A stretch of DNA of 62,946 nucleotides, filler included, from Reticulomyxa filosa (Eukaryota > Protista > Foraminifera): the NCBI GenBank assembly GCA_000512085.1. It is 22 parts of 22 records of this genome, joined end to end, with 100 filler letters (N's around TTAATTAATTAA, not from the genome) between each part and the next. Parts side by side here need not be neighbours in the genome. Positions count along the whole stretch, not along the records: positions 21,934 to 25,361 come from ASPP01010895.1; positions 25,462 to 27,071 come from ASPP01002534.1; positions 27,172 to 29,042 come from ASPP01018927.1; positions 29,143 to 30,571 come from ASPP01038481.1; positions 30,672 to 32,745 come from ASPP01026854.1; positions 32,846 to 35,470 come from ASPP01049991.1; positions 35,571 to 36,637 come from ASPP01036111.1; positions 36,738 to 38,246 come from ASPP01022153.1; 14 more parts are not named here. One strand, 5' to 3'. Made by a program: the position numbers and the translations under genes. Below the pieces are notes generated by a model. That model saw only the letters and a program-made list of their open reading frames with translations. It searched no databases and was not told the origin of the DNA. Below are positions 24,571 through 37,499 of this stretch, one piece after another (within the stretch, counting starts at the first letter, position 1; each line of letters opens with the position of its first letter).

Positions 24571-25317
24571 ATGAATTTTCGGAAACTATTTTCTACACGC
24601 AACGCAACAACACAAAATGAAACTGGTGTTGGTGTATACTTGGAAGCTTACGTAAGTGGTGGAAGGATCTACATGACTTATCCAACAAAAAAAAAAAAAC
24701 ATGGATCACGACAACCCTTTCAAACGGGGCTCAAAACAGTGCTTATTAAAATAAAAAATAAAAAATAGAGGGCGTCAGGACCAGTGAAATCGTCTAGCAC
24801 AAAGACAAGCAGTAACAATGGCACCCATGCGAATGCGCTGGAGGCAACAGAGCCAATGGATGAATTGGATGCGATTGAGTCGGTTGAAGATGACGCCACC
24901 ACGGAGGCAGCACAGAGCACCGATCAAAATCAACCGGTCGCCGATGTATCCAACAATGAAGACGGATACACAGGAGACACGAAATCACAAGAGACTTTAG
25001 AGGATAACTATAACAATAACAATAACAATAGCAATGACAATAGTGCACAAGGAGATAGTAATGCATCATCAGCTTTCAAAAAAGCAGCAATGGACTCTTC
25101 TCCTGTTACGTTCAAGAACTTTTTTTTTTTTTGCTTCGTCATCAAAATTTGAATATGTAATAAACCCAAATGTGACGTTTCTTTGGAAAAGTTGTGTTAA
25201 TATATCGGATAAACAAATGTTGTAGAATGGAGGCAGTGGAAGAGGAGAAGAAGAAGCATCGAAAGAGATAGCACAGCCCAATGTCCCATCCACTTCAGTT
25301 GATATGCTATTGATGTG

Positions 25318-25361
<44 letters not shown>
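24571..25361 (+). CDS. Low-complexity acidic hypothetical protein, multi-exon, truncated
   Basis: MNFRKLF... exon ends at GTAAGT (24652); next exon follows AAAAAATAG; further GT-AG introns. Confidence 0.5.
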
Positions 25362-25515
25362 NNNNNNNNNNNNNNNNNNNNNNNNNNNNNNNNNNNNNNN
25401 NNNNNTTAATTAATTAANNNNNNNNNNNNNNNNNNNNNNNNNNNNNNNNNNNNNNNNNNNNTTTTTTTTTTGCAACACTTCTCGCTCCCTTCCCATTTCT
25501 TCTTAAAAAAAAAAA

Positions 25516-26073
25516 CTAAAACGTATACGCAACTTCCAAGCGCTTTGAGTAAGACAAACTGCAAGTGACCAAGTAAAAAGTAAAGCTTTCAAAGCGAGAT
25601 AAACACTGTCTCGTCTTTTTATGTCGCAAGGTCGGGCGTTGTTGGTTGGTCTTTGGCTTCGTGGTGACAAAGGTGCTGTGACATGTCTTGAGCGCGATTT
25701 TCATATTGGGCAAGGCCTGCAATGTAAACTCTTCAAATTCATATCCCCAACAAGATTGGTTCAAACGCTGTCCAGTGTGCCCCGCTCGTACAAACATATT
25801 GTTCGCCGTTTTCAAACGAATACGCTTCACTCCCAATGATCGAATTCGAAAGTTACACCATGACGAATACTCTCTCACCAATTCCAAGTCGGGGCCATCG
25901 TTTCCTCGTGAATATGTCCCTTGCGGTGCTTTCAGCCAATCGCCTGCAGGCGTCTGAATTGCTACTACCAATGAATGCCCATGGTATTCAAGCTCGTCCA
26001 ATGACAATGCGACTGTGGGAGTGGAGGGAGATGACAACAGTTTTGAGGAGTTGTTTTCTGATTCCAACGTCAT
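25516..26073 (-). CDS. Fascin-like (actin cross-linking) beta-trefoil domain protein
   Basis: Three repeats VAIQTPAGDWLKA / IRLKTANNMFVRA / IALKTCHSTFVT, each followed by a W/E.F motif. Confidence 0.7.
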   Translation of the reverse strand: MTLESENNSSKLLSSPSTPTVALSLDELEYHGHSLVVAIQTPAGDWLKAPQGTYSRGNDGPDLELVREYSSWCNFRIRSLGVKRIRLKTANNMFVRAGHTGQRLNQSCWGYEFEEFTLQALPNMKIALKTCHSTFVTTKPKTNQQRPTLRHKKTRQCLSRFESFTFYLVTCSLSYSKRLEVAYTF

Positions 26074-27171
26074 TTTTTGCTAATTTTCCTCATTGTTCGG
26101 GAAAAACAAGTATTTTTTTCCTCGTAGTGGTAGAAACGATTATTGTTGGCAATTTAAAACAATTATAATTGTTACAAAGAAGAGAACGGTTTGAAAATAT
26201 ATTTTGATATAAAGTAAGAAAATATTGTGAAAAAGAATACAAACTTATTTCAGATGCCACATTACCACAATTATTAAAGCAAAAAACAAACAAAACAAAT
26301 GGGAAAGCTAAAAAAAATTGTTAATACACAAGACAAGATTAGCATTATTGCATATTCATACAAAAAAGGAATTCAGTCAGCAAAAAAACAAAAAAAAAAC
26401 TACTTTCATAATTAAACTTAAAACATCATGATTTCTGTATTTTTTTTCTACATTTCTCTTTGCAATCCTTCCACTTACGACACCAGTTTGATTTTCTTGC
26501 GAATTTCATCGATCACAATACTTTGCTCAGGACATAAACTTGTTCCATACGATAACCATTAAATCTTTAACGACGATATACCAAAGACAAGGCCAGAGGC
26601 AGGACTAGAGACAGGATCAAATGCAATTTAATTTACTTATATCCATATCAATTACATCATCTCTATTCAATGCAAAGAAAAACAAAAGTGTGAATCATAT
26701 ATTTAAAAAAAATTAAGTACATTACAAAAATTAAAACGTATATCAAATATAGACTTAATTTTTTTTAAATGAATCTTGCTAAATCCAATAAAATAACCAA
26801 TGGCAATTCCAATAACGGGAACTTGTTCTATGATATACATTTTATAGTTTATTGTTATTACTTATTTATTAAAAAAATAAAAATAAAAATATAAACATTC
26901 CTGAATATCAGAGGGGGCGATGACTACACAATATGTAATAACCTGCCTCCGACCTTGTCTTTGACGGGCATCATGATAACTATATTTCAAAAACATACAA
27001 CAAACATACAAGCACACACCACTCAACACTCCATGTATCCCTCCAACTCCATATACACCCTCCCCCCCCCCNNNNNNNNNNNNNNNNNNNNNNNNNNNNN
27101 NNNNNNNNNNNNNNNTTAATTAATTAANNNNNNNNNNNNNNNNNNNNNNNNNNNNNNNNNNNNNNNNNNNN

Positions 27172-27560
27172 TCCAGGATCATCTAATGTTATGGCAGACT
27201 TCTTATCGCGTAATCAGAACAGTTATTGGTCGTTAACCGCTATTAAAATCAAATAATAAAACAAAAATACAAAGAAAGTGATCTTAACGATATTCCAAGC
27301 CAAATCGAAAAAGCATTTGAACTATCACGTGAAATAAGAGATTTCGACCAATTATTCGACGTAAAAAGCTTTCTAGAAGCTCAGGAACACGATAACGAAA
27401 TAAAAAACATAAAAAGAAAACTAACAGAAGTAAAAAACTATAATATAGACCTTCCTACGAGTTGGCAGTCATATTTAATAAGAAGGAGTGTCAATAGACA
27501 AACGAAATTTACTAACACACACAGGCAAAGTGGTAGTACCTGTTATGTTGAAGCGTGACC
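27172..27560 (+). mobile_element. Ty3/gypsy LTR-retrotransposon pol remnant (RNase H end to pre-integrase linker)
   Basis: PGSSNVMADFLSR motif, then FLEAQEHDNEIKNIK and KVVVP, with stops and frameshifts. Confidence 0.8.
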
Positions 27561-27924
27561 TAAAGGAAAAGAAATACAACAATTGTACTAAATATTTTTT
27601 TTTTTGCAGCACATATCAAGTTACAGATTATCGTCAAAAATTTGTAAATCCTTAAAAAAAAACAAAAACTTTGCAATCCTTAATAAATAATGCAAAAAGA
27701 AAAACAAAAAAATAAATAAAATATTGAAATTGTTCCAGTCAAACTCAACAAAGCATATTTTTTTTCTTTTTGAATCAACCAACACAAATAGCAAGAACAG
27801 TTGCAACAACGGAAGAGATAAAGATGATCAAAATGATACGAAGCGAAGTTTGTAAAGCGAATTGGCTTTATTGAACAAAAAAGATGAGCTAGTTTTAAGC
27901 ATAAAATCGAGTGGAGCATTTTTT

Positions 27925-28112
27925 TTTCAGACGGCTTCAAAATGTAAAAACTGCATATAATGATGTCATCAACACTCATCATGGCGCCAGCATTGTCAAA
28001 CTCGTCACAGTAATTGGTAGAAGAAAAAATAGTGGTCAAGTGTCTTTGCCCGAAGAATTCATAACAATCTTCGACGACTTGATGTGCACGGCAAACGAGG
28101 TCCAAGTCTTGT
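27925..28112 (-). pseudogene. Protein phosphatase 1 catalytic subunit C-terminal exon fragment
   Basis: [49 protein letters not shown]...CSFYILKP; conserved G and SAPNY motif mutated. Confidence 0.9.
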
Positions 28113-28149
28113 TTGCTGTCGCAAAGAGGGGAGGAGTAAAAAGTTGAAA

Positions 28150-28752
28150 GTTCAAATCTTTCTTCACCAATAGATAAAATCTGCCCACCAGGTAATTCAT
28201 ATTCAACCCCATTATTATCTTGATTTAAACTAACAGAACCACATGTTTCTTTTGTCTTACTATTTCTCTTTCTGCCTGTTTTTTTCATTAAGGTTTTCAT
28301 TAAATGTTCTGTCACATCTCTTCCACCAATATCTAATCTTTCAATAATATGAGGTACCGCATATCTTTCATAAATTGGCACACAATGAGTAGTTCCTTCA
28401 CCGGAATCTTGTATGTGCACCTTCGCCATACAATGATAATACTGCTTGTGTGGCGATTTATACTTTTTTTTTTATATTAAAAATATTCATTGCCAATAAG
28501 TCCATATATTACAATCATCGAAACTTCTGCCATTTTCAAACGGTTCGTTTCTGGATTTAATGCTGGTCTGTTAACAAAATTGGATGGTTTTCAGGCTTTA
28601 TACCCAATTCATTTTTATATTTATAGACAAAAAAAAAATAATTTTATTTATTTATTAAAATATATACATGTATATATTTTTTAACCTAAATGATCCATGC
28701 ATCCACATCTTCCATGTCATACCATAATGTAATCACACCACGTTCCATAGGA
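28150..28752 (-). pseudogene. Actin / actin-related pseudogene fragment with introns and internal deletions
   Basis: [71 protein letters not shown], with frameshifts. Confidence 0.9.
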
Positions 28753-29142
28753 GTGACGACGAAAATGAAGAAAAAAAAAAACCTCGTGATAATTTGCAAA
28801 GTGATCACAAGCCTGGCTCTTATTTGAATACAAATGATCACAAAAATTATGTGATAACGACAGTGTTCCTGTTACACCACCGGATAGTGATCACGAAAAT
28901 GATCGAGTCAGTCCTTACGGTATCATATAAATAAATTACATGTCTATGTCAATGTATATATTATATATTATATATATATATATAATATATACATTGATAT
29001 ACATAGATAATTCTTGGACACAAGTTAATTTAAATCAACTTANNNNNNNNNNNNNNNNNNNNNNNNNNNNNNNNNNNNNNNNNNNNTTAATTAATTAANN
29101 NNNNNNNNNNNNNNNNNNNNNNNNNNNNNNNNNNNNNNNNNN

Positions 29143-30475
29143 AATAATAATAATAATAAATATAAACATAAATATAAAAAAATATATTGAACGGTCAAAG
29201 AGGCATTAGTCTGATGAATGAATCGTTTTAAACAAGTGAAAAGTAGACACATTAGTTTATCGCCATCCAAAATTTGCAGCTGATCGCACTCGTCTACGAA
29301 ATAATAAATCAGTCGATCGCAGTCGCCATCCACGGAAGCTAGTCTCGACTTTTTCCAATTCGTGGTGTTGTCTTGCTTTCCTGCATGTTGCAATTCTCGC
29401 AAGCCCTGTGGCAATTGATGTTTCTTCTATTCACACATACGTGCACATATAAATATATACGTATATACATATATGTATATACGTATATATATATATATAC
29501 ATATATAAATTAAACTTGAACATGCTCGGCTCCACATTGGTGATTGACTTTCCAATTGGAAGAGGGCAAGTGGATCAAATGAATGGCTAAGTAGTCGTCG
29601 AGCAAGGAACAGACCTGCTGCAAGACGATGCCTCCGACGCCATTTGCACAGTCGACAATTAGCTCACCCTTTATTTTCGTCGGCTTGTGTGCCAACAGTT
29701 TCAAACACTTCAAAAAAGTGGTGCCAATGGCGGCGACGTATAACTCACTTTTCATTGTCTCAATGAGATCCTGCATATTCCCATACCGAACCAAGTAATG
29801 CATTTGAGGAGTCGTCACCTCGCCAAAGTCTCTGGGCGGGAGAGGGGAAAAAAAAAACACACACAACAAAACAGCATTTCGCTTGATGATATCCAACACA
29901 CACACACGCACAGACATACATAAATGAATCAAAAAGAACTTAATAATGACAGGAGAAGCGATTGACGCACATGCACGAATAACTAATTTGGAAAAGCGGT
30001 TCGAATGTGGTCGAGTATCTCTCCCCACAAATATCGTTGGCTTGGCATGTTTGTCACTTAACTCCTCATATTTTTTTTGCAAATATGCCAATACTTCCTA
30101 TTCGTCACATTGTTTTGTTTGTCGTTTTATTTCAAATGAGATAAGATATATATATATACATATATACATATATACATACATATATATATAAATAGATATG
30201 CAAAACTAAACATCTTGTGGCATATTGACAACATTTGTCGCGATGGATTCCCATGTGTGATGTAGCATTTCTCCAGAGGGGTCAATTATTTTAAGCCCAT
30301 TGTCTTGTTCTGGATTGTGAGATGCTGTTATCATTAGACCGACTGCTTGTCCTTTCTTTTCAAATGAACGCAAGACTCCCAACAGTCCCACTCGCACAAA
30401 CACTGAATTCAATGTGCGGGCGTCACCACGGAAACCAGATGTTCCATAACGGTAGTCAAACGATATTACTCTGTT
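29143..30475 (-). CDS. PGM3: Phosphoacetylglucosamine mutase, multi-exon, truncated
   Basis: YGTSGFRG, GLMITASHNPEQDNGLK, GRDTRP, TTPQMHY, DCANGVG, GAEHV, ASVDGDCDRLIYY. Confidence 0.95.
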
Positions 30476-30671
30476 TAATCAACCACACAAGGCAGGGGGG
30501 AGGAGGGGGCTTTTTTTTTCTTCTTGCGCTTTCAGAAAGATACAGATTTTTGCCGGGGAAAAAAAAAAAAANNNNNNNNNNNNNNNNNNNNNNNNNNNNN
30601 NNNNNNNNNNNNNNNTTAATTAATTAANNNNNNNNNNNNNNNNNNNNNNNNNNNNNNNNNNNNNNNNNNNN

Positions 30672-31720
30672 ATATGTATATATATATATGTATATATATA
30701 TATGTACATATATATATGTACATATATGCATATATATAATACGAAGAAATAAAAAAGATTTTGATTCGTAACTAATTTGTAAGGAATGACGACTAACTGA
30801 GTCCATATCCGTTCCTTATACACCTGAGGGTCGTGATACAACGTGGCTCCAAAAACATAGCATCCACACACGACTATCACATAAAGCAAGTTCATTGAAT
30901 TTTTGCTATAGAACGCACAAAATAGCAATAGAATTGTGCTAATTTCTAATCCCCGATTCTGTTCATTTTATTGTACGATTTCGCACGTATGTGCATTTCA
31001 TCAAGTTTTACAATACACATAAAATAAAACAACAAATAAAAAAAAAAATAAGCGCAAAATAAACAAATAAATAAATTATTTATTTATTAATTTATTTGAA
31101 CTTCAAATAAATGCACAGTCCAGTACCAAAATCGATAAAACGTTCTTTTTATGAAAACTTTGGCCACATCCTTCGACAGCTTGACTTGCGTCTTAATCAC
31201 TTCCGAAGTTTCAATGAGTTTGAATAGTGAGGATGTCTCAGGCCACTGTTGTTCTTCTTCTTCCTTAATGGCATGTGTGTCTCCTTGTGGATGTAAGCGG
31301 CCATTTTGGCCGGGACTTGTGTCTCCCGCGAGTTTTTGGTGTGCAGTTTCGTCCGTCTTGGTGGCATCTCCTCTGTCGCCATCCTGGATTTCCTTGATTT
31401 CCTCCATCGTGTATTCGCACATCAAGGCCTTGTTCCCTTCGAATTGCAAAGGGTTGTCCTCGATTACAAAGTCTTCAAACTCCATGAATGTTTCGCAAAT
31501 GTTGATTTCGTCCGTGTCGTCTCTGGCGGCCATTTCGTGTACGACTTGGTCTTTGTAATAGCGAGGGCTGCTTTCTAATTGTGTCGTTGCAAAGGGGGGA
31601 GGGGGGGGGGAACATGAATTTTTTTTTTTTATAACAATATATACATATATACACATATATATATATGTATGTATATATTTTATAAATCCTTGCGAAACTC
31701 CATTTAATTCCATGTTCATC
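30672..31720 (-). CDS. Hypothetical membrane protein fragment, multi-exon
   Basis: Acidic loop exon (31087-31580) followed by a hydrophobic exon LEISTILLLFCAFYSKNSMNLLYVIVVCGCYVF. Confidence 0.5.
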
Positions 31721-32845
31721 CACCCATTGCAACAATAGAATTTGCAAGGTCGAAAAGACCAAAATGGTCAACTCTTCACCGAGACCTTTACATGACTCGG
31801 CGAGGGAGGCGCTTTGAGGCGCGACAGGATCGTAAGGGTATGTCCCCAGAGATGGAAGCCATGACGATATGCATTATATTGAATAATATCCCGATTTTTA
31901 AAATTCATGTCCATGCAAAAACAAAAAACAGTAATTTAGTGAAAAGATTTAAGGTTTTTGATTACATTGCATCCTTTTAATGTAAATAATATTTTAATGT
32001 TGCTTGCATTTCAAAATCAACATAATATTTCAGGACATACAATTTAATATTAAATTGATGATTTGCTTTGGATTGTCTTAGTTATAATTAAATCAAATTG
32101 TCCGGTTTTTTTCATTAATTTGTAATTGCATTAAATTATCACATAATATTCATTGTGTATTGTTTTATTTTGACTGTTTTTAGTTTATGTGACAATTTAA
32201 ATTTGATTGCATATAAACATTTATAATTATTAGTATGTACACAGCATAAAAAAGCGAGGTTCGGTATTTGGACAGCAAATTGTTGAAGCCTTATTGTGTA
32301 TGCATTCACAAAACATTGTCTATCGGGTTAACGGATGTAAGACAAAAAGATTAAAGATTCCTTTTCCAACACATTAAAAACAAAAAATAATGATATTACA
32401 TAATGTCATGGCATTTTGCAAATATCAAAGCAGTTTTCCAAAATTTTATTTATAATTAGATTTGCGACTCGTGTTTGTTTCTTGACGTGTCACTGTGTTG
32501 TTGTTCCTCCAAGTAAACAGAAAATGTCGTCTTGCAATGCTAACAAGGAAACTATTCTTTATTATCACTCTATATTCCTTTGTGAAGTGATCATATTATT
32601 TTGATTTCTTTGGACATTTACAAATCATTTTTCATTCAATGCCAAAATTATGTTTTGCAATTTGTATTCAATATCTACTTCACTGAATTCAAAAAAATGT
32701 TCTTTGCTGAAATTCATCAAAACTCCAAATATCATTCCAATTCATNNNNNNNNNNNNNNNNNNNNNNNNNNNNNNNNNNNNNNNNNNNNTTAATTAATTA
32801 ANNNNNNNNNNNNNNNNNNNNNNNNNNNNNNNNNNNNNNNNNNNN

Positions 32846-34860
32846 TAAAAAAATGTACATATATAAAAACTTTTTCAACCAATGGACCCCAAACACGACT
32901 ATTATGATAGGAAACATGGACTTGGAACAGGCACGCATAAATTACCAGCCAAATAACAACAAGCCCATGTGGAAAGAATGGAGAGGGGATGGGGGCTCGA
33001 CTGCTTACGTAAAATATTGTATCGTACCATCTAGCAGTGCCCAGCGCCACCACACATTGCCATATCCAACATTTTTCTTGTCCCAAATAATGGATTGACT
33101 TTTGAATCGTCAACCAATTCTCGACTGGACAATTTTGTTACTTTTCATAACAAACACGCAATAGTATTAGCTCTATCGCGCATACCGAATTAAATTGTGG
33201 AATACAGCAGCGGTACCCAAGTATTGGCGCTCACAACACCAGTCCAATGTGCTGAGACAATTGACAAATGAGTAAAAGATAGCACGGACTGCATTTGGTC
33301 GTTGTCGCCATAAGCGTAATTGGTACTACTCTTGACATTGTTTCACCCTTGTAGTAGATGTTATTCGAGTGAGCGAGGGGGTGCACTATGCGATATTCGT
33401 CCATGTCTGAGAACGCGCAGCGTTCAATGTCGCCCACGAACTTACAACTCCTACCATCAGTACGAACATGACTTGAAATCCAAATGTGCGCATGTGCGCA
33501 AGCAAGCGACCATGTTTTGACACGGCTGCACAAACTTGGTCGTCATGGAAATGGACCTAATTTTACAAACGCAGGACAACAACCTAAACGCAGAAATTAA
33601 CTTGCCCACTGCTAGATATCGCCATATTCGTTTGATATTTTCCATTTGTGAAGGGAGGACTCTATTGGAAGTTTGTCGACGCTCGCCATTAGCGACTTTG
33701 CGTGTTTCCATATGTAAATAGCGAGTCTATAGCCAATGTCAATAACACCTGCCGACTGACTTTTTTTTTCTTTTAACCAAATGCAACGTGATAAAGACCT
33801 GTCATTTTTTGTTATTCTCTTCATCCCCATCCTTCTTCTCCTCTTCCTCCTCATATTTACTTTCTTACGGTATCTTGTTGATCGCAATGTCGCTTATTTT
33901 CCTACAATGTTCGCGACCTTTTTTTCTACCTCTTCGTCGGTCCAGTCACTGCAGCCGTTGATACACTATAATGTCGGCGTCGTTTTCATTTTGCGTGCTG
34001 TCACCATCTTCTTCATGGCGGGCTTGGTTTTATGTTCTAGCGGCACCAAGGTCTGGATATTGTTTGAAATTGGCTTGTTAGAGTCTTGCCCCACTGTTCT
34101 TATTGCAAATGGTCACGTTCATTCAATTAGACCAAAGTGTGTTCATCGTCACATCGTCGACGATAGAAGATAAACTCGTAGTTGGAAAACGTCGCGATAT
34201 GACATAAGGTATTGCACTATTTGCACGTTCTATTTTTTTTATTAGGCATATCCGTTCTCCATGTTTTTTTTTTATTTCTTGAGCGCCAGCAACACGTCGT
34301 CCGAATTCCGTAATCGATCCTAGAAGAAGTTCAGCATGGATAATAAGCACTTACTCATGACGCAAAATCCAAGTTGCGAATCTTCGTTTTCATCTTCTTG
34401 GCGAACTTGCTTCTGAATGGGAGCGCAGTGCATAGACTGTCTTGGATTGGTATGTGATAATCTTCAACTTTTCCAGGGCCATCAAATGAATGTTTCAACT
34501 GCGAAGTTCAGCCCTTGTGACGACATAATTTGGCCTTGATAATGCCCTTATTGGAAATTGTCGAACGGGCGCATTGAAACGATATTAACGATTTGCATTG
34601 CGATCCGTTCTCCAAGCGCTGGAACAATTGAACGAATACAATAATATCTATTCACCCACGCTCAATGTCTATCACGCTACCACAATCAGTAAAGTTGCGA
34701 ATACGCGCACGTAGACTGTTCGATAGGCGATCGATCTACTCTGCTTGATTATTGACTCGCCATAAAATTTATCCCAGCTTCCACAACGATCGGTACCTGT
34801 CGGTAGACATTCCACATATAAACAAAGTAATTCAAACGATTTTTTCTTTTTTAAAAAATA
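32846..34860 (-). pseudogene. Heavily decayed coding-like region, parent not recognised
   Basis: Exon-like GC content over about 2 kb but no long ORF in any frame; short acidic coding-like patches on the minus strand. Confidence 0.35.
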
Positions 34861-34889
34861 CCAAACTTTGAAATTTTCTCCATTCTTTC

Positions 34890-34968
34890 TCCTCCACTCT
34901 TTCTGCTCCAACTCTTTCTGCTTCAACTCTTTCTGCTCCAACTCTTTCTGCTCCAACTCTTTCTCCTC
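34890..34968. repeat. 15-bp minisatellite (CTCCAACTCTTTCTG), about 5 degenerate copies
   Basis: Direct repeats visible; would encode ELEQK on the minus strand. Confidence 0.8.
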
Positions 34969-35570
34969 CGTTTGCCAGCGATCTTGAAAGTTTCGATAGC
35001 TTCTCCACAACTTTTGCTGCACTCACGATGTTTGGCCACTTCCATTTTATCAATTGCTAGTGCGTGTGGCCGACGCAATCTTCCCGAGTTCAGGGAACAA
35101 TCTCCCTTTCCAATTCTTCAAATTTTTTTTTCTTTTTTTTTCTCTTTTTTTATCTATTTTTTCTCTTTTTTTTTCTCCGTTTTTTTCTCAGTTTTTTTTC
35201 TCTATTTTTTTCTATATTTTTCTATCTTTTTTTTTTCCTTCATTTTTTTCTCATTGTCATTTTTTTTCTTTTAAATTTTTCAATATTTTTTTCATTTCTT
35301 TATTCATTTTTCTTAATAAAAATTTTTCAAAATTATTTTTCCCACTCCATTTTTCCCATATTACATTGTTCCCCCCCCCCTTTTTCCCCATTTATTTTCA
35401 ATATTTTTCCCATTTTCTTTTCCAATCCTTTTTTTCAATAAATTTTTCCATCAATTTTTTCTTTTCCCCCNNNNNNNNNNNNNNNNNNNNNNNNNNNNNN
35501 NNNNNNNNNNNNNNTTAATTAATTAANNNNNNNNNNNNNNNNNNNNNNNNNNNNNNNNNNNNNNNNNNNN

Positions 35571-36490
35571 TTTTGCTAAATGCTCCAATATTATCTGATT
35601 CTAATGTTACCGCTGGTACTTCGTTTAATCCTATTTTAAATTCAGTTGGACACCATTCGACTAAATTTTATTATTTGATTTCAACCATTGGACCATTGAG
35701 TTTGCTTCTTTTGATTTTATGTCACCACGATAGTTCAAGGAAATGGCCATTTGTCTTCTGCAGGGTCAAATATATTTCACAAACCAGTTCGTTGGCTTAA
35801 AACAGTCATATGTTATTTTTTGGATATCGTTTGGCGATGTTGATAAATCAACTTTCGGAATAATTGGACTCATTCCGGTAGTCATAAAGTGTAAGCGATG
35901 GAAAGGGACCAAGTTCGTTTGAAACTAGTTCAAATCTACATTTAATTCACCGCTAAATCGCAAAGACGCTGTCATGGCGGAGATAACTTTCGAAATTAAT
36001 TTGTTTAAATTATCTACATCTGGTTTGGCAATTATCAATTGCTTTTGGCAAATTCCATAAATGGTATCGTTGTCCAACAATAAAGAAACTTCTGTGGGTC
36101 TAATAACCAATGAGTGGCCAACAACGCATTTTAAGGTTCTACGACGCAGGTTGACAAATTTGGTGAAGGGTATATCTCAAAATCAATTTTTGGTTTCTTT
36201 CTATAGTCAAGCGCCAAACGTTCCAAAATTAAGGCGCAAAACCCTGAGCCAGTGCCTCCGCATACACTGTGTCCGATTACAAAGCACATAACATTGTCGC
36301 AATTATCGACAAGTTTTCTTAATCGGTCATTTACTTTATTGATAATTTGTTTACCGATAGTATAATAACCTTGGGCAAAGTTATTTGCTGCGTCCTCTTT
36401 CACATAGACTAAAAACTCAGTGATAGATATGGCCGCAAAAGAGCCGTTTTTTACATCATCAATTACGTTCGGTTCCAAGTCAACATATTT
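35571..36490 (-). pseudogene. Alpha-tubulin pseudogene (divergent foraminiferan-type)
   Basis: VDLEP, KEDAANNFA, GGTGSG, VVEP*, SLRFSGELNVDLN*FQTNLVPF, VEWCPTEFKIGLN, with stops, frameshifts and deletions. Confidence 0.93.
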
Positions 36491-37281
36491 TTTCTTGTAT
36501 GTTATACGTAACACGGAAAAACGATTCGCAAATGGAGTACTTAACTGCAAGATTACGAGGAACAAATTGTCCACTACCTGTCTCTTCAAAGAAAACCTTA
36601 AAAGAGTTGTACTTTCCTGCATTCTCTTTTCTTTTGCNNNNNNNNNNNNNNNNNNNNNNNNNNNNNNNNNNNNNNNNNNNNTTAATTAATTAANNNNNNN
36701 NNNNNNNNNNNNNNNNNNNNNNNNNNNNNNNNNNNNNTAACCCTTTTTCAAATACATCCAAATTGAATGAAAAAAAAAAAAATTAATTTGAACATCCTTC
36801 AAAGAAATTTTTTTTTAACTAGTAAATTTTTTTTTCTCGTGATAAAAATTTTTTTTCTACTAGTCAGATATCTGATATTGCGATTTTGCGCGAGATCAGA
36901 TATATACAAGATAACAAACGAAACACCCAAAATGAACAGTCGAAACAAAATAATATTAACAGGAAAGAATGTTGAACAAAATTGATAAACTTTTCTATTA
37001 AATAAGCCGAAATGGCAATAACAACATTCACATGATTTTCTTTAATAATAAATGTTTAAATTTTATTTTTTGTTTTAGCTTGCTTTAACTTTGTTAAAAG
37101 AGTTGAATTGAATCTCAATATTTCACTGTGTTTTCATAACCTTTGAGACTTTATTTGTTTTTTTTGATATTTTAAAGATTAAATTAAAACTTAAAATTTT
37201 TTTTTCACTTGTTGTTGTTGATTGTGTGTGAGTTTTTGATATGTTTTATTGATCTTTTCCTTTTTTTGTTTGTTCTCATTA

Positions 37282-37355
37282 GAGTACTGTGTTCCTTTTG
37301 GGACGAGGTGCTCATCTTAACTTGGATAAGATCTCATTCTTGAAAAAAAAAAAAA
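37282..37355 (+). other. Small structured element (two stem-loops) followed by A13
   Basis: GAGTAC-tgt-GTTCC-tttt-GGGAC-gag-GTGCTC, then ATCTTA-acttgga-TAAGAT, then poly-A. Confidence 0.45.
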
Positions 37356-37499
37356 TTGAATGAAACGATTGCTGGGACAATGTCATTTTTATCTTCTGGA
37401 TGATATTTCCTGGACAATTAATTTGAATCCAGTACGATTCATCCTAATACTTGAAACTGTCTTGTTTCAAATATCTTTTGATTGGAGTGAAGATTGTTC

